64,000 nt of DNA from Oceanispirochaeta sp. Lineage in GTDB: Bacteria; Spirochaetota; Spirochaetia; DSM-2461. Below the pieces are notes generated by a model. That model was not told the DNA's origin. It searched no databases and saw only the letters and a program-made list of their open reading frames with translations. The stretch lies in contig CAXXXD010000003.1 of the NCBI GenBank assembly GCA_963663385.2, positions 736,001 through 800,000 on the forward strand, read 5' to 3'. Positions 19,307 to 28,175 of this stretch are shown piece after piece (the first letter of the stretch is position 1; the number at the start of each line of letters is the position of its first letter). The translations under genes and the position numbers were made by a program.

Positions 19307-19335
19307 CTTCGGAAAAATTATTAAGAAAAGGATTG

Positions 19336-19367
19336 TTGATAGTATCATATGATACTATTATTAGTAT
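19336..19367 (+). promoter_or_regulatory. Putative promoter with 20-bp perfect palindromic operator upstream of fic
   Basis: ATAGTATCATATGATACTAT at 19339-19358 overlapping TTGATA; ATG follows with no RBS. Confidence 0.6.
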
Positions 19368-20333
19368 ATGAAACCACCGTATGATATAACTAAAACGATA
19401 TTGGATTTATATGGGCAAATAACAGAAGCATTAGGAATATGCCAGAGTTTAATGCTTGTAAAACCAGAAGCTCGTTTACGCCGGCAAAATCGTATTAAAA
19501 CAATACAATCATCTCTAGCGATCGAAGGTAATACATTAAATATTGAGAACGTAACAGCATTACTTGATAATCAAAGAATTATTGGACCTGAAAAAGATAT
19601 TATTGAAGTACAAAATGCCATAAAGGCATATGAGAGCCTGATCACATTAAAGCCTCACAATAAAAAAGATTTCCTTTTAGCGCATAAAATACTAATGAAT
19701 GATTTAGTGAAAACACCTGGAGAATATAGAAAATCCCAGGTTGGAATAATGAAGGGAAAAGAAGTAGCACATATTGCTCCCACATCAGATATGGTTCCTG
19801 GTCTTATGAATGATTTGTTCAAATACTTGAAAGAAGATTCCGACTTAGAAATTATTAAAAGTTGCGTCTTTCATTATGAGGTGGAGTTCATCCATCCATT
19901 TGAAGATGGTAATGGAAGAATGGGAAGATATTGGCAAACACGAATACTAATGAATGTAAACCCAATCTTTGAGTTTGTACCCATTGAGAAACTTATAAAA
20001 GATAATCAAAAAGAATATTACCATGCCTTAGCACTATCAGAGAATACAGGCAAATCAACCGTATTTATCGAGTTTATGTTGAATGTCATAAATGAAGCAT
20101 TAAGAGATACAATTAATAAATCAAAGCCAACAAGTCCTGATTTTCATAAACGTTCAGAGATAGCTCTCTCTCAGCTGGATGGTTGGTTTGATAGAAAAGA
20201 GTACATGCAAGTCTGTAAAGGAATCTCAAGTGCTACAGCGAGCAGAGATTTAAAGCAATTACTTGATGAAAACAGAATTGAATCTTCCGGAAAGGGGAGA
20301 ATGACAAAATATAGAAATAAAAGGGATGGATAA
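19368..20333 (+). CDS. Fic-family protein with C-terminal wHTH
   Basis: HPFEDGNGRMGR catalytic loop; SSLAIEGN inhibitory motif; ISSATASRDL HTH. Confidence 0.92.
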   Translation: MKPPYDITKTILDLYGQITEALGICQSLMLVKPEARLRRQNRIKTIQSSLAIEGNTLNIENVTALLDNQRIIGPEKDIIEVQNAIKAYESLITLKPHNKKDFLLAHKILMNDLVKTPGEYRKSQVGIMKGKEVAHIAPTSDMVPGLMNDLFKYLKEDSDLEIIKSCVFHYEVEFIHPFEDGNGRMGRYWQTRILMNVNPIFEFVPIEKLIKDNQKEYYHALALSENTGKSTVFIEFMLNVINEALRDTINKSKPTSPDFHKRSEIALSQLDGWFDRKEYMQVCKGISSATASRDLKQLLDENRIESSGKGRMTKYRNKRDG

Positions 20334-20347
20334 CAAAAACTTGCAGC
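20328..20347 (+). other. Left part of an attC site, cut by intron insertion
   Basis: GGATAACAAAAACTTGCAGC parallels GTATAACAAAGCCTTGCAAC; overlaps the fic stop codon. Confidence 0.65.
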
Positions 20348-20995
20348 GTGTGCCACGAGAAGGCACCTTAATCTAAAAGATGGAGGTATTTTCATAACTG
20401 TAATATTGATGAGGGAAGGACCCTCGGGATCGGTTTTCAGGAACAGGTTTCAAACCACCGCAAGCTGCATTGGTAAAGAGCCTTTGTGGTGAACGTTGTC
20501 GGAAAAAGCAGGAATTAGAACCTGTCAGGTGAGTCTTTGGAAGGTGAACAAAAGTGAACCGTCGATGAGGTCTTTGACACAATTGATCATGAGTTATTGC
20601 TTAAAGCAGTGCGGTTTCATAATCCTCCTGCCTGGGTAGTTCTCTATATCGCTAGATGGTTAAAGGCCTCTGCAGAAGATTCGAATGGAGTTGTGATTAA
20701 GCGAGAGCAGGGGACACCACAGGGCGGAGTTATCAGCCCATTGTTGGCGAATCTGTTTATACACTATGCCTTTGATGAATGGATGACGAGGACTTATCCA
20801 CATGTTGAGTTTGCTCGATATGCGGATGACGTTGTAATTCATTGTCGGAGAAGAAGTGAAGCAGAGTCATTGCTCTCGGGAGTTAAAAATCGTTTAAGTG
20901 ACTGCAAATTATCGGTGCATCCTGAGAAGACAAAAATTGTGTTTTGTAAAGACGACAATCGCAAAGGTGATTACGAATATACGGAATTTGACTTC
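20348..20995 (+). mobile_element. Degenerate group II intron, class D-like (5' domain I plus RT fragment)
   Basis: Starts GTGTG; structured domain I-like sequence with candidate EBS1 GCTGCA and EBS2 GTTTT; RT fragment follows; no domain V/VI seen. Confidence 0.75.
20573..20995 (+). pseudogene. Group II intron reverse transcriptase internal fragment
   Basis: FDTIDH, GTPQGGVISPLLANLF, RYADD, HPEKTKIV, ends at EFDF. Confidence 0.9.
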
Positions 20996-21053
20996 CAGCT
21001 TTACGGTCTGCTGCTGAAAACGGTGTTCTAAAGACAAAGGTAAAATACATTGA

Positions 21054-21656
21054 ATGAAACATAATGATTTCCTTTCAAAAACATTAAGGCAATACTGTCA
21101 CATCTCTGATAATGAAATCGATCTAATCAGGCCTAAAATTATAAAAAGGAATATCAATAGAAATGATCATTTTCTAAATCAGGGTGATAATATAAATCGT
21201 ATTTGTTTGATAAGGGAAGGTTTGTTCCGGGTATATTGTAATGATTTGTCAGGAGATGAAAAGACTTTGGCCTTTAGAAGTCAAGGTCAGTTTCTTGCCG
21301 GTTATTCCCCATTTATAGAAAACAAAGAAATTTGGTATTCGATAGAAGCTCTTGAGGATAGTGTAATCCTCGCAATGAGGTTTGAAGACTATCTGGACTT
21401 GGAGAGAAATTCGAATAGCTGGAATGAATTAATCAAAAACTACATGACTAGATTGTTTATTGAGAAGGAAGAAAGGGAACGTTCTTTTCTTCTTGATGAT
21501 GCCACAACCCGATATCTGGAATTTGTAAGGAAAAATCCGGATTTCGAGGAAAGAATTCCGCAGTTTATCATCGCATCATATCTTGGAATAACACCGGTTT
21601 CATTAAGTAGGATCAGGTCAAAGCTAAAAAAAAATAAATCAGATCAATTATCCTAG
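21054..21656 (+). CDS. Crp/Fnr-family transcriptional regulator
   Basis: cNMP-binding fold; IPQFIIASYLGITPVSLSRIR HTH. Confidence 0.92.
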   Translation: MKHNDFLSKTLRQYCHISDNEIDLIRPKIIKRNINRNDHFLNQGDNINRICLIREGLFRVYCNDLSGDEKTLAFRSQGQFLAGYSPFIENKEIWYSIEALEDSVILAMRFEDYLDLERNSNSWNELIKNYMTRLFIEKEERERSFLLDDATTRYLEFVRKNPDFEERIPQFIIASYLGITPVSLSRIRSKLKKNKSDQLS

Positions 21657-21663
21657 GATAATT
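21646..21663. promoter_or_regulatory. Palindromic operator, probably for the adjacent Crp/Fnr regulator
   Basis: Perfect 18-bp palindrome AATTATCCTAGGATAATT between the regulator and the epimerase. Confidence 0.55.
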
Positions 21664-21718
21664 ACAGAAGTTTATTTCGATTGTATTGTTTTTTTTAAAT
21701 CTATATTGGGAGAACAAT

Positions 21719-22714
21719 ATGTCAAAAGCTTTTGTAACAGGAGCGGCAGGCTTCCTGGGAAACAATGTTATCAGGGAATTGCTTGATCAAGGTTGGGATG
21801 TTACGGCATTTCACTTGCCTTCAGACAATTTGAAATACTTATCTGGTTTGAATATTAAGTTTGCAGAAGGTGACATTCTTGATTATCAGTCTTTACTTGA
21901 TTCAATCCCTCAGGATGAGAATGTAATTGTCTTTCATATTGCCGGAGACACAAGCATGTGGGACAGACATAATGAGCGACAATACATGATCAACGTAAAA
22001 GGAACGGCTAATGTCGCCAAGGCGGCTCTGGATAGAGGCGTGAAAAAATTTGTTTTTACGTCTTCTATATCTGCCTATGGATATCATTCAGAAAGGATCG
22101 ATGAAGAAACACCATCGAATGCCCTGACATGTAAAATGAATTACAACAAGACCAAATATCTGGCAGAGCTGGAAGTCCATAAGGTTATTGAAAAAGGTTT
22201 AAATGCTGTCATTCTCAATCCCTGTAATATGATGGGGCCCTTTGATATAAAAGGATGGTCTACGCTTATTAAGAGTGTACTTAATAACGATGTTCCCGCT
22301 GTTTCCCTTGGTGTTGGAACTTTCGCTCATGTCCGCGATGTAGCAAAGGCTCATATTAAAGCTGCAGAAGTCGGGAAAAAAGGGGAAAACTATTTAATAG
22401 GCGGCGTTGAAATAGTATTCAGAGACATTTACCGGGAAATTAATGAAATACTGGGTAAAGATATGAATCTGAGAACTGTTTCCAGTCCAGTTTTTCGAAT
22501 GGCTATGTATTTAATAAGATTGAAAGCCTTTTTGAAAAGGGAAGAACCTATTTTGACATATCCGAGATATAAAAGACTGACTGGCAGAATTATCTGCAAT
22601 GATGAAAAAGCCAGGAAGGAACTGTCATTTCAGACTTCCAGTATGAAAGAGATGTTAAGTGATTCCTATGCATGGCTACAGCAGGAAGGTCTTACCATAA
22701 AGGAAAATTCATGA
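21719..22714 (+). CDS. NAD-dependent epimerase/dehydratase (dihydroflavonol-reductase-like SDR)
   Basis: TGAAGFLG, FTSS, YNKTK motifs; GGGAG RBS before ATG 21719. Confidence 0.9.
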   Translation: MSKAFVTGAAGFLGNNVIRELLDQGWDVTAFHLPSDNLKYLSGLNIKFAEGDILDYQSLLDSIPQDENVIVFHIAGDTSMWDRHNERQYMINVKGTANVAKAALDRGVKKFVFTSSISAYGYHSERIDEETPSNALTCKMNYNKTKYLAELEVHKVIEKGLNAVILNPCNMMGPFDIKGWSTLIKSVLNNDVPAVSLGVGTFAHVRDVAKAHIKAAEVGKKGENYLIGGVEIVFRDIYREINEILGKDMNLRTVSSPVFRMAMYLIRLKAFLKREEPILTYPRYKRLTGRIICNDEKARKELSFQTSSMKEMLSDSYAWLQQEGLTIKENS

Positions 22715-23406
22715 AATCCAGGACAGCCTTTGTAGAAGTAAGTGATGAACCCCTTCATCAGGAAGTATATAGAAATGATCATGTTCGTGTTTATCGTGCT
22801 ATATTGAAGCCTGGTTATTCTACCGATTTTCATAGACATTCAAAAAATACTTTATATGTTACCATTCGGGGAGGTAACATAATGACAAGGACAATGAAAG
22901 GAACCCATGCTTGTCCTACTGTTCTATCAAAGAGGGTTTCTTTGATTAAGCGTATTTGTTTATTGTTTCAAAAAATTTTTTCCAATTCCCTGAATCTCTT
23001 CAACGGTTTTGTATTTTACATGGCAAGTGAAAGGAATCCTGTAATTCACAAGGCAACAGCCTCAAGTAAAAACGGTTTCAATATGGATTTAATGGGAATT
23101 GAAGTCCTGTATTCAAATCAAATGAAATACAGAGTTAAGAATATCTATGGTAAGATTGAGATTGAATCAGATGAAATAATGGCCTGTCGAATCACTTTGA
23201 ATTCTCATCAAAAATTATCAGGTGAAAATTTACATAGAGACGGACTCATTATTGTTTTATCAGGAAAATTAGGTATAAAAGTAAATCAGGAATATTCTTA
23301 TCTGAAAGCAGGAGAACTTTATTCTACTGGCGATGAATCTATTCAAGAAACAGAGAATCAGGGACTTAAACAGATGGAAATTCTATATATTGTTTTCAAA
23401 AAATAG
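22711..23406 (+). CDS. Cupin-fold hypothetical protein
   Basis: LKPGYSTDFHRH cupin motif; ATGA overlap with upstream gene. Confidence 0.6.
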   Translation: MKSRTAFVEVSDEPLHQEVYRNDHVRVYRAILKPGYSTDFHRHSKNTLYVTIRGGNIMTRTMKGTHACPTVLSKRVSLIKRICLLFQKIFSNSLNLFNGFVFYMASERNPVIHKATASSKNGFNMDLMGIEVLYSNQMKYRVKNIYGKIEIESDEIMACRITLNSHQKLSGENLHRDGLIIVLSGKLGIKVNQEYSYLKAGELYSTGDESIQETENQGLKQMEILYIVFKK

Positions 23407-23417
23407 ACTAATAAAAA

Positions 23418-23451
23418 TGAAAATACCCAGTTTGAGTTTTTCTACAGTCTC
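23418..23451 (+). mobile_element. Isolated IS1182 right-end remnant
   Basis: 34 bp identical to 2670-2703, again followed by GTTAT. Confidence 0.85.
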
Positions 23452-23469
23452 GTTATGAATAATTCAGGA

Positions 23470-23498
23470 TTGATGGCTAAGTCTAAATGTGGTACAAT
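23470..23498 (+). promoter_or_regulatory. Putative sigma70 promoter of the TA cassette
   Basis: TTGATG-17-TACAAT with extended TG; GGAGG RBS downstream. Confidence 0.6.
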
Positions 23499-23520
23499 AT
23501 ATGCACTTGGAGGTTGATAA

Positions 23521-23808
23521 ATGAATTTAAAAGACGATATAAAGCCAATTTCATATATAAAGACAAATGCTGCTGATATGCTTAAACGCGTGAATGAAAC
23601 ACACAATCCAATAGTTATTACTCAAAACGGAGAAGCAAAAGCAGTATTGTTAGACACTGAATCATATCAGGATATGCGTAATAGTTTAGGAATTTTAAAG
23701 ATTCTTGCAGAAGGTGAGAAAGCTGCAGAAGATGGACAAGTATATACTCAAGATGAAGTTTTCGACTACATGGAAGAAAAATTAAGAAAATTAAAAGAAA
23801 AAGAATAG
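23521..23808 (+). CDS. Phd/YefM-family antitoxin
   Basis: IKPISYIK, PIVITQNGEAKAVL motifs. Confidence 0.92.
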   Translation: MNLKDDIKPISYIKTNAADMLKRVNETHNPIVITQNGEAKAVLLDTESYQDMRNSLGILKILAEGEKAAEDGQVYTQDEVFDYMEEKLRKLKEKE

Positions 23809-23809
23809 A

Positions 23810-24133
23810 ATGGATAAATTCAAAGTTATATGGACGAAACCTGCGTTAGATGATTTAGACGAGATAATTGGTTATATCGCAAAGGATTCAGTAGATATCG
23901 CACTAAAGCAATATGAAAGAATTAAGGATACATCTCTGGAGATTGGAAAATTCCCAAAACAAGGAAGAATAATACCAGAATTGCAGAATGAGAATATAAT
24001 AAAATTTAGAGAAATAGTTTTAACGCCATGGCGAATGATGTATCGAATTGAAGAGACGAGAATTCTGATATTAGCAATATTAGATGGCAGAAGAAATATT
24101 GAAGAAATAATGATGAAAAGACAGCTTAGGTAA
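23810..24133 (+). CDS. RelE/ParE-family toxin
   Basis: VIWTKPALDDLDEI, FPKQGRIIPEL, ILDGRR; directly after antitoxin. Confidence 0.92.
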   Translation: MDKFKVIWTKPALDDLDEIIGYIAKDSVDIALKQYERIKDTSLEIGKFPKQGRIIPELQNENIIKFREIVLTPWRMMYRIEETRILILAILDGRRNIEEIMMKRQLR

Positions 24134-24166
24134 TTGACTTTATAAAATTTTAAATAAGCTTCAAAT

Positions 24167-24243
24167 AACAGATTTTACCAGGAACATTTGAATAAACATT
24201 ATGCCATGCGGCTTAAATCTCCCAACTTTTAAAAGCAATGACG
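24167..24243 (+). mobile_element. Internally deleted IS1182 transposase relic
   Basis: Similar to 1047-1087 joined to 2133-2173 through a shared ATGCCAT. Confidence 0.7.
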
Positions 24244-24385
24244 ACCAGCCCCTCCCTGTCTGAGGGATATTCTCTTTATTCCGGGAAAGCTGTCGGGAAA
24301 AAAGAGAATTGACACGCCAACCTGCAGATTATATGCTTGGATATTGTTTGTAAATTAGTCATTCCAAACATAAAGAGGAGACATT

Positions 24386-25462
24386 ATGAGAAAATTGTCA
24401 GGTTTTATTTTTCTGCTGCTGACAGCACTGCTTTTCCTGTCATGCGGAAAAGAAAAGGAGACCGATGAAAAACCTGCTGTTCAGACCGTATATCTGGGGC
24501 AGGACTGGTCTTCCCCTCATTACCGGGAGGATATGGCGGGAACAGTTCTGAATCTCTACGGGGTTACCGACAAAGTTCGCCCCATACTTGATGTTTTTAC
24601 AGAAGATACAGGTATCAAGGTTGAGCATCTGACTCTTAAAAACGGGGAAATTCTACAGAGGCTTACCCACGAAGCCGATTCGGGAGTCGTCATCGCCGAT
24701 CTCTGGTTTACCGGAGGAGCTGACACATTTATCATAGCCGGGCAGAATGATCTGTTGCTCTCTTACGAATCTTCCAACGGAGATGTTCTGGATAAGGATA
24801 TGAAAGATTCCGATCATTACTGGTACGGAACATCCCTGACTCTGGTCAACTGGGTTGTCAACAAAGAGCTAATCGAAGAGAAAGGGTTGAAAATGCCTGA
24901 AGTCTGGGACGATCTTCTTCAACCGGGCCTGAAGGGGCAGGTTTCCATGTCCAATCCGGCTTCCTCCGGTACCGCATACAATGTAGTCAGTGCCGTGCTG
25001 CAGACAAGAGGGGAAGTGAGGGGCTGGGGCTACCTCAAGGAACTTATCGGACAGGTTCCGTTCTTTACGGCCCGTGGCAGTGACCCCGCCAATATGGTTG
25101 TCAATGGCGAGGCTATTGTCGGTATCAATGCCAGTAATGGTGACCGGGAGCTGGAAATCAACAATTCCCATATCAAACTGGTTTATCCTTCGGACGGAAC
25201 CGGATGGTGGCCTCAGCCTGCGGCTATTATCAAAGGGACAAAACACGAAGAGGAAGCTAAAGTCTTTATCGACTGGATCATTTCAAAAAGGGGGATGGAA
25301 ACTGTAGCCTCATCCCGTTATGCTGCGGTAGCCCGCAAGGATGTTAAAATCCCCGAGGGAATAGAGGACATTCAGGATATTGCTCTGTTTCCCACTGATT
25401 TTCAGGCCAATGCGCTGGAGCGTGACGCTATTCTCGCACAATGGGCTGAATATGTAGAATAA
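24386..25462 (+). CDS. ABC transporter substrate-binding lipoprotein (Fe3+/AfuA-like family)
   Basis: Lipobox LFLSC; DLWFTGG, NPASSGTAY. Confidence 0.88.
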   Translation: MRKLSGFIFLLLTALLFLSCGKEKETDEKPAVQTVYLGQDWSSPHYREDMAGTVLNLYGVTDKVRPILDVFTEDTGIKVEHLTLKNGEILQRLTHEADSGVVIADLWFTGGADTFIIAGQNDLLLSYESSNGDVLDKDMKDSDHYWYGTSLTLVNWVVNKELIEEKGLKMPEVWDDLLQPGLKGQVSMSNPASSGTAYNVVSAVLQTRGEVRGWGYLKELIGQVPFFTARGSDPANMVVNGEAIVGINASNGDRELEINNSHIKLVYPSDGTGWWPQPAAIIKGTKHEEEAKVFIDWIISKRGMETVASSRYAAVARKDVKIPEGIEDIQDIALFPTDFQANALERDAILAQWAEYVE

Positions 25463-25464
25463 TC

Positions 25465-27111
25465 GTGAAAGCCGATGCCATGAAGGGGGTATATTACCTC
25501 CTCGCTTTTGCTCTCCTTTGCTTTACCGCTTTTCCGGTCCTCTCCGTTTTCCTGTACGGGTTATTCCCCCTTTCGGCAGACGGGGAGCTGGGGAGCATGG
25601 TGCTCAGATCTCTACCCTATCTGAAAAACAGCTTTTTTATTGCTTTAATTGTCACACCGGCAGCAGTCCTCATCGGGCTGGCTGCCACACTGGCCGTTCA
25701 CAGGTTCGCATCTCCGTTTAACAGATTTTTCAGACCTGTAATTCTTCTCTCACTGATCCATCCCCCTTTTGTGGGAAGTATAGCCTTTATCATGCTCTTC
25801 GGTAAAAGAGGGCTTGTAACCCACGATCTGCTTCATCTCGACGTCAGTCCCTACGGATGGCAGGGAATAGCCCTGATGCAGTTTCTGGGAATGGGATCCA
25901 TGGCTTATCTTATCATCTCCAGCTCTGTAGGGAAATCAGATCCCCTTATTGAGGATGCGGCGCGGAACCTTGGAATCTCTGAATGGAAAATCTTCCGGGA
26001 TATCACCCTGAGATCCATGTCTCCCGAACTTTCATCCGCAGCCATCCTGGTTTTTCTGGCATCGATGGCCGATTTCGGTACGCCTTTAATTATCGGCGGT
26101 CCTTTTCAGACTCTGGCATCCGATCTCTACATACAGATTACCGGACTATACGATATGCGATCGGCCTCTGTTTCGGGAATCCTGCTTCTTGTCCCCTGCA
26201 TAGTCCTTTTTGTATATCAGAGGCGGCTCAACAGGAAAAAGGCTTATTACGCCATGGCTCTTTCCGGCGGATCTATTCACTTCCGGCATTTCAGCCGCTT
26301 TGTAAAGATCCCTGCTGTCGGTATAACCCTGCTCTATACTCTTTTTATCCTTCTCAAATACGGCTTTATTTTTATCGGTGCCTTTACCGAGCACTGGGGA
26401 TACGATTATTCTCTGACTCTGCGCCATCTGATAAAAGTTCTTCAGAAAGACCTGTCCCCCTTTGTCAACAGTGTGCTTCTGGCATTTTTTACAGCATTGT
26501 TCTCTTCGCTGGCGGGTGTTTTTCTCAGTTATGTCGTAAAAACAAAAAAATGGGCTTTTCTGGCTGTTTCCGATGTTCTGGCGACTCTTCCCGCCGCTGT
26601 TCCGGGAATACTTCTGGGGATCGGGTATCTGGTTACGTTTAAGTACCCTGTGCTGGGGATCGGTCGTTTTATTCTGAAGGACCTGTCACCCCTTATTCTT
26701 CTGGGTACGGGAATCATCATTTACATCATCTGTATTTTCCGGTATATGAATGTGGGGCTGAGAACCGGGTATGCCCTGCTGGAGCATATCAATCCCAATA
26801 TCGAGGAAGCAGCCAGAAATCTGGGACAAAGTGAAAACAGAATTTTCTCAGGTATCATGCTGCCCCTTCTGTCTCCGGCTTTCCGGACATCGTTTTTCAA
26901 GGTTTTTTCCACAACCATGACCACTCTCGGGGCAATTATATTCCTGCTGCTCCCTTCAAATAAAGTAGCTGTTCAGTCTATATTTCAGATTATCACGAGC
27001 AGCGAAAGAGGGGTAGCGGCTTCAATGGCTTTACTTCTTTCTCTGACTACCGGGCTTATGCTCGGTATATTCCGGTTATTAAATGCATTGATAGCAAAGA
27101 AGAGAATATGA
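25465..27111 (+). CDS. ABC transporter permease (two-domain, FbpB-like)
   Basis: Two EAA loops (EDAARNLG, EEAARNLG); many TM helices. Confidence 0.9.
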   Translation: MKADAMKGVYYLLAFALLCFTAFPVLSVFLYGLFPLSADGELGSMVLRSLPYLKNSFFIALIVTPAAVLIGLAATLAVHRFASPFNRFFRPVILLSLIHPPFVGSIAFIMLFGKRGLVTHDLLHLDVSPYGWQGIALMQFLGMGSMAYLIISSSVGKSDPLIEDAARNLGISEWKIFRDITLRSMSPELSSAAILVFLASMADFGTPLIIGGPFQTLASDLYIQITGLYDMRSASVSGILLLVPCIVLFVYQRRLNRKKAYYAMALSGGSIHFRHFSRFVKIPAVGITLLYTLFILLKYGFIFIGAFTEHWGYDYSLTLRHLIKVLQKDLSPFVNSVLLAFFTALFSSLAGVFLSYVVKTKKWAFLAVSDVLATLPAAVPGILLGIGYLVTFKYPVLGIGRFILKDLSPLILLGTGIIIYIICIFRYMNVGLRTGYALLEHINPNIEEAARNLGQSENRIFSGIMLPLLSPAFRTSFFKVFSTTMTTLGAIIFLLLPSNKVAVQSIFQIITSSERGVAASMALLLSLTTGLMLGIFRLLNALIAKKRI

Positions 27112-28175
27112 AAAAAGTAAAACTATCCATCAGTCAGCTTCGGCAGAATTACGGAGGAGAACCGGTTCTGAAAGGGATCTCCCTGGATATTTATGAAGGA
27201 GAAACCCTGGTTGTTCTCGGCCCTTCGGGGTGCGGTAAAACATCTCTGCTTAAATCGATTGCCGGGCTGGTCCCTGTCGATGGGGGAACACTTCTTCTCG
27301 ACGGCGCAAATGTTGAAGCTCTTCCTCCCCAGGAAAGAAAAACTGCTATGATTTTCCAGAATTATGCTCTTTTCCCCCATATGACTGTTGAGGAAAATCT
27401 GTCATATGGATTGACTGTTAAAGGCCGGAAACCGGAGAACCGCAGTGAAAATATCCGCAATATTCTCAGACTTCTCAAACTCGAAGGGTTTGAGAACAGA
27501 CCGGTTACGGAGCTTAGCGGCGGACAGCAGCAGCGGGTCGCTATCGGTCGTGCCATGATCATAGGGCCTTCGGTTCTCCTCTTTGATGAACCCCTGAGCA
27601 ACCTGGATGAAAACCTGCGAAAACTGATGAGGAGAGAGATAAGAACCATTCTGCGTGATGCCAATGTCACAAGCCTGTATGTAACCCACGACCAGAACGA
27701 AGCCCTTGCAATGGCAGACAGGATTGTTGTGATGAAAGAGGGGGTGATCGAACAGATTGCAACTCCCGGGGAGCTGCACTTCAAGCCGGCAAATACCTAT
27801 GTCGCCCGCTTTCTCGGTTACGGGAATATTTTTACCTGTGAACAGCGGGACGGCCGGTTTTTTCTTTTCGGTCAGGAAGTCCCTGTTTCACCCGGAAGAG
27901 GATCGGATCCGGTTTCCGTACTTATCAGGCCTGAGGATCTGGAGCTTCTGGCAGCGGGTGAACCACCGCAGGGCGCTCTAAGCGGAACCGTAACGGATGT
28001 GGAAATTCAGAGCAGTGTTATCCGGTATAAAGTGAAAACCGCAGAAGCGGAGTTTGATGTCGCCCTTCTCAACTGCCGTGACGGTGCCATGCTTTCTCCA
28101 GGCCATTCCGTTTTTCTCAAGGTGAAAAGTGAAAATTTTCATATTCTCCGTTCTGTAGAGAGGGTAGATCCGTGA
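27108..28175 (+). CDS. ABC transporter ATP-binding protein with TOBE domain
   Basis: GPSGCGKT, LSGGQQQR, DEPLSNLD. Confidence 0.93.
   Translation: MKKVKLSISQLRQNYGGEPVLKGISLDIYEGETLVVLGPSGCGKTSLLKSIAGLVPVDGGTLLLDGANVEALPPQERKTAMIFQNYALFPHMTVEENLSYGLTVKGRKPENRSENIRNILRLLKLEGFENRPVTELSGGQQQRVAIGRAMIIGPSVLLFDEPLSNLDENLRKLMRREIRTILRDANVTSLYVTHDQNEALAMADRIVVMKEGVIEQIATPGELHFKPANTYVARFLGYGNIFTCEQRDGRFFLFGQEVPVSPGRGSDPVSVLIRPEDLELLAAGEPPQGALSGTVTDVEIQSSVIRYKVKTAEAEFDVALLNCRDGAMLSPGHSVFLKVKSENFHILRSVERVDP

Larger units (their letters stand above)
2704..24169 (+). other. Integron-type gene cassette array (no integrase within the window)
   Basis: Repeated TAAC...GTT attC sites. Cassette ends are reverse complements: GTTATACAACAA/TTGTTGTATAAC, GTTATACCG/CGGTATAAC, GTTATACGGA/TCCGTATAA. 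Cargo is AT-rich and co-oriented. Confidence 0.85.

Noticed and set aside
19303..19320. GAGACTTCGGAAAAA as another IS1182 end
   Set aside because: Three mismatches in 15 bp and no other IS sequence nearby; similar chance match at 8862
20573..21031. RT ORF as a retron, DGR or defence RT
   Set aside because: Motifs and the upstream GTGTG domain I are those of a group II intron; it is only an internal fragment
1..24250. Integron integrase or attI
   Set aside because: No tyrosine recombinase ORF in the window; it may lie upstream
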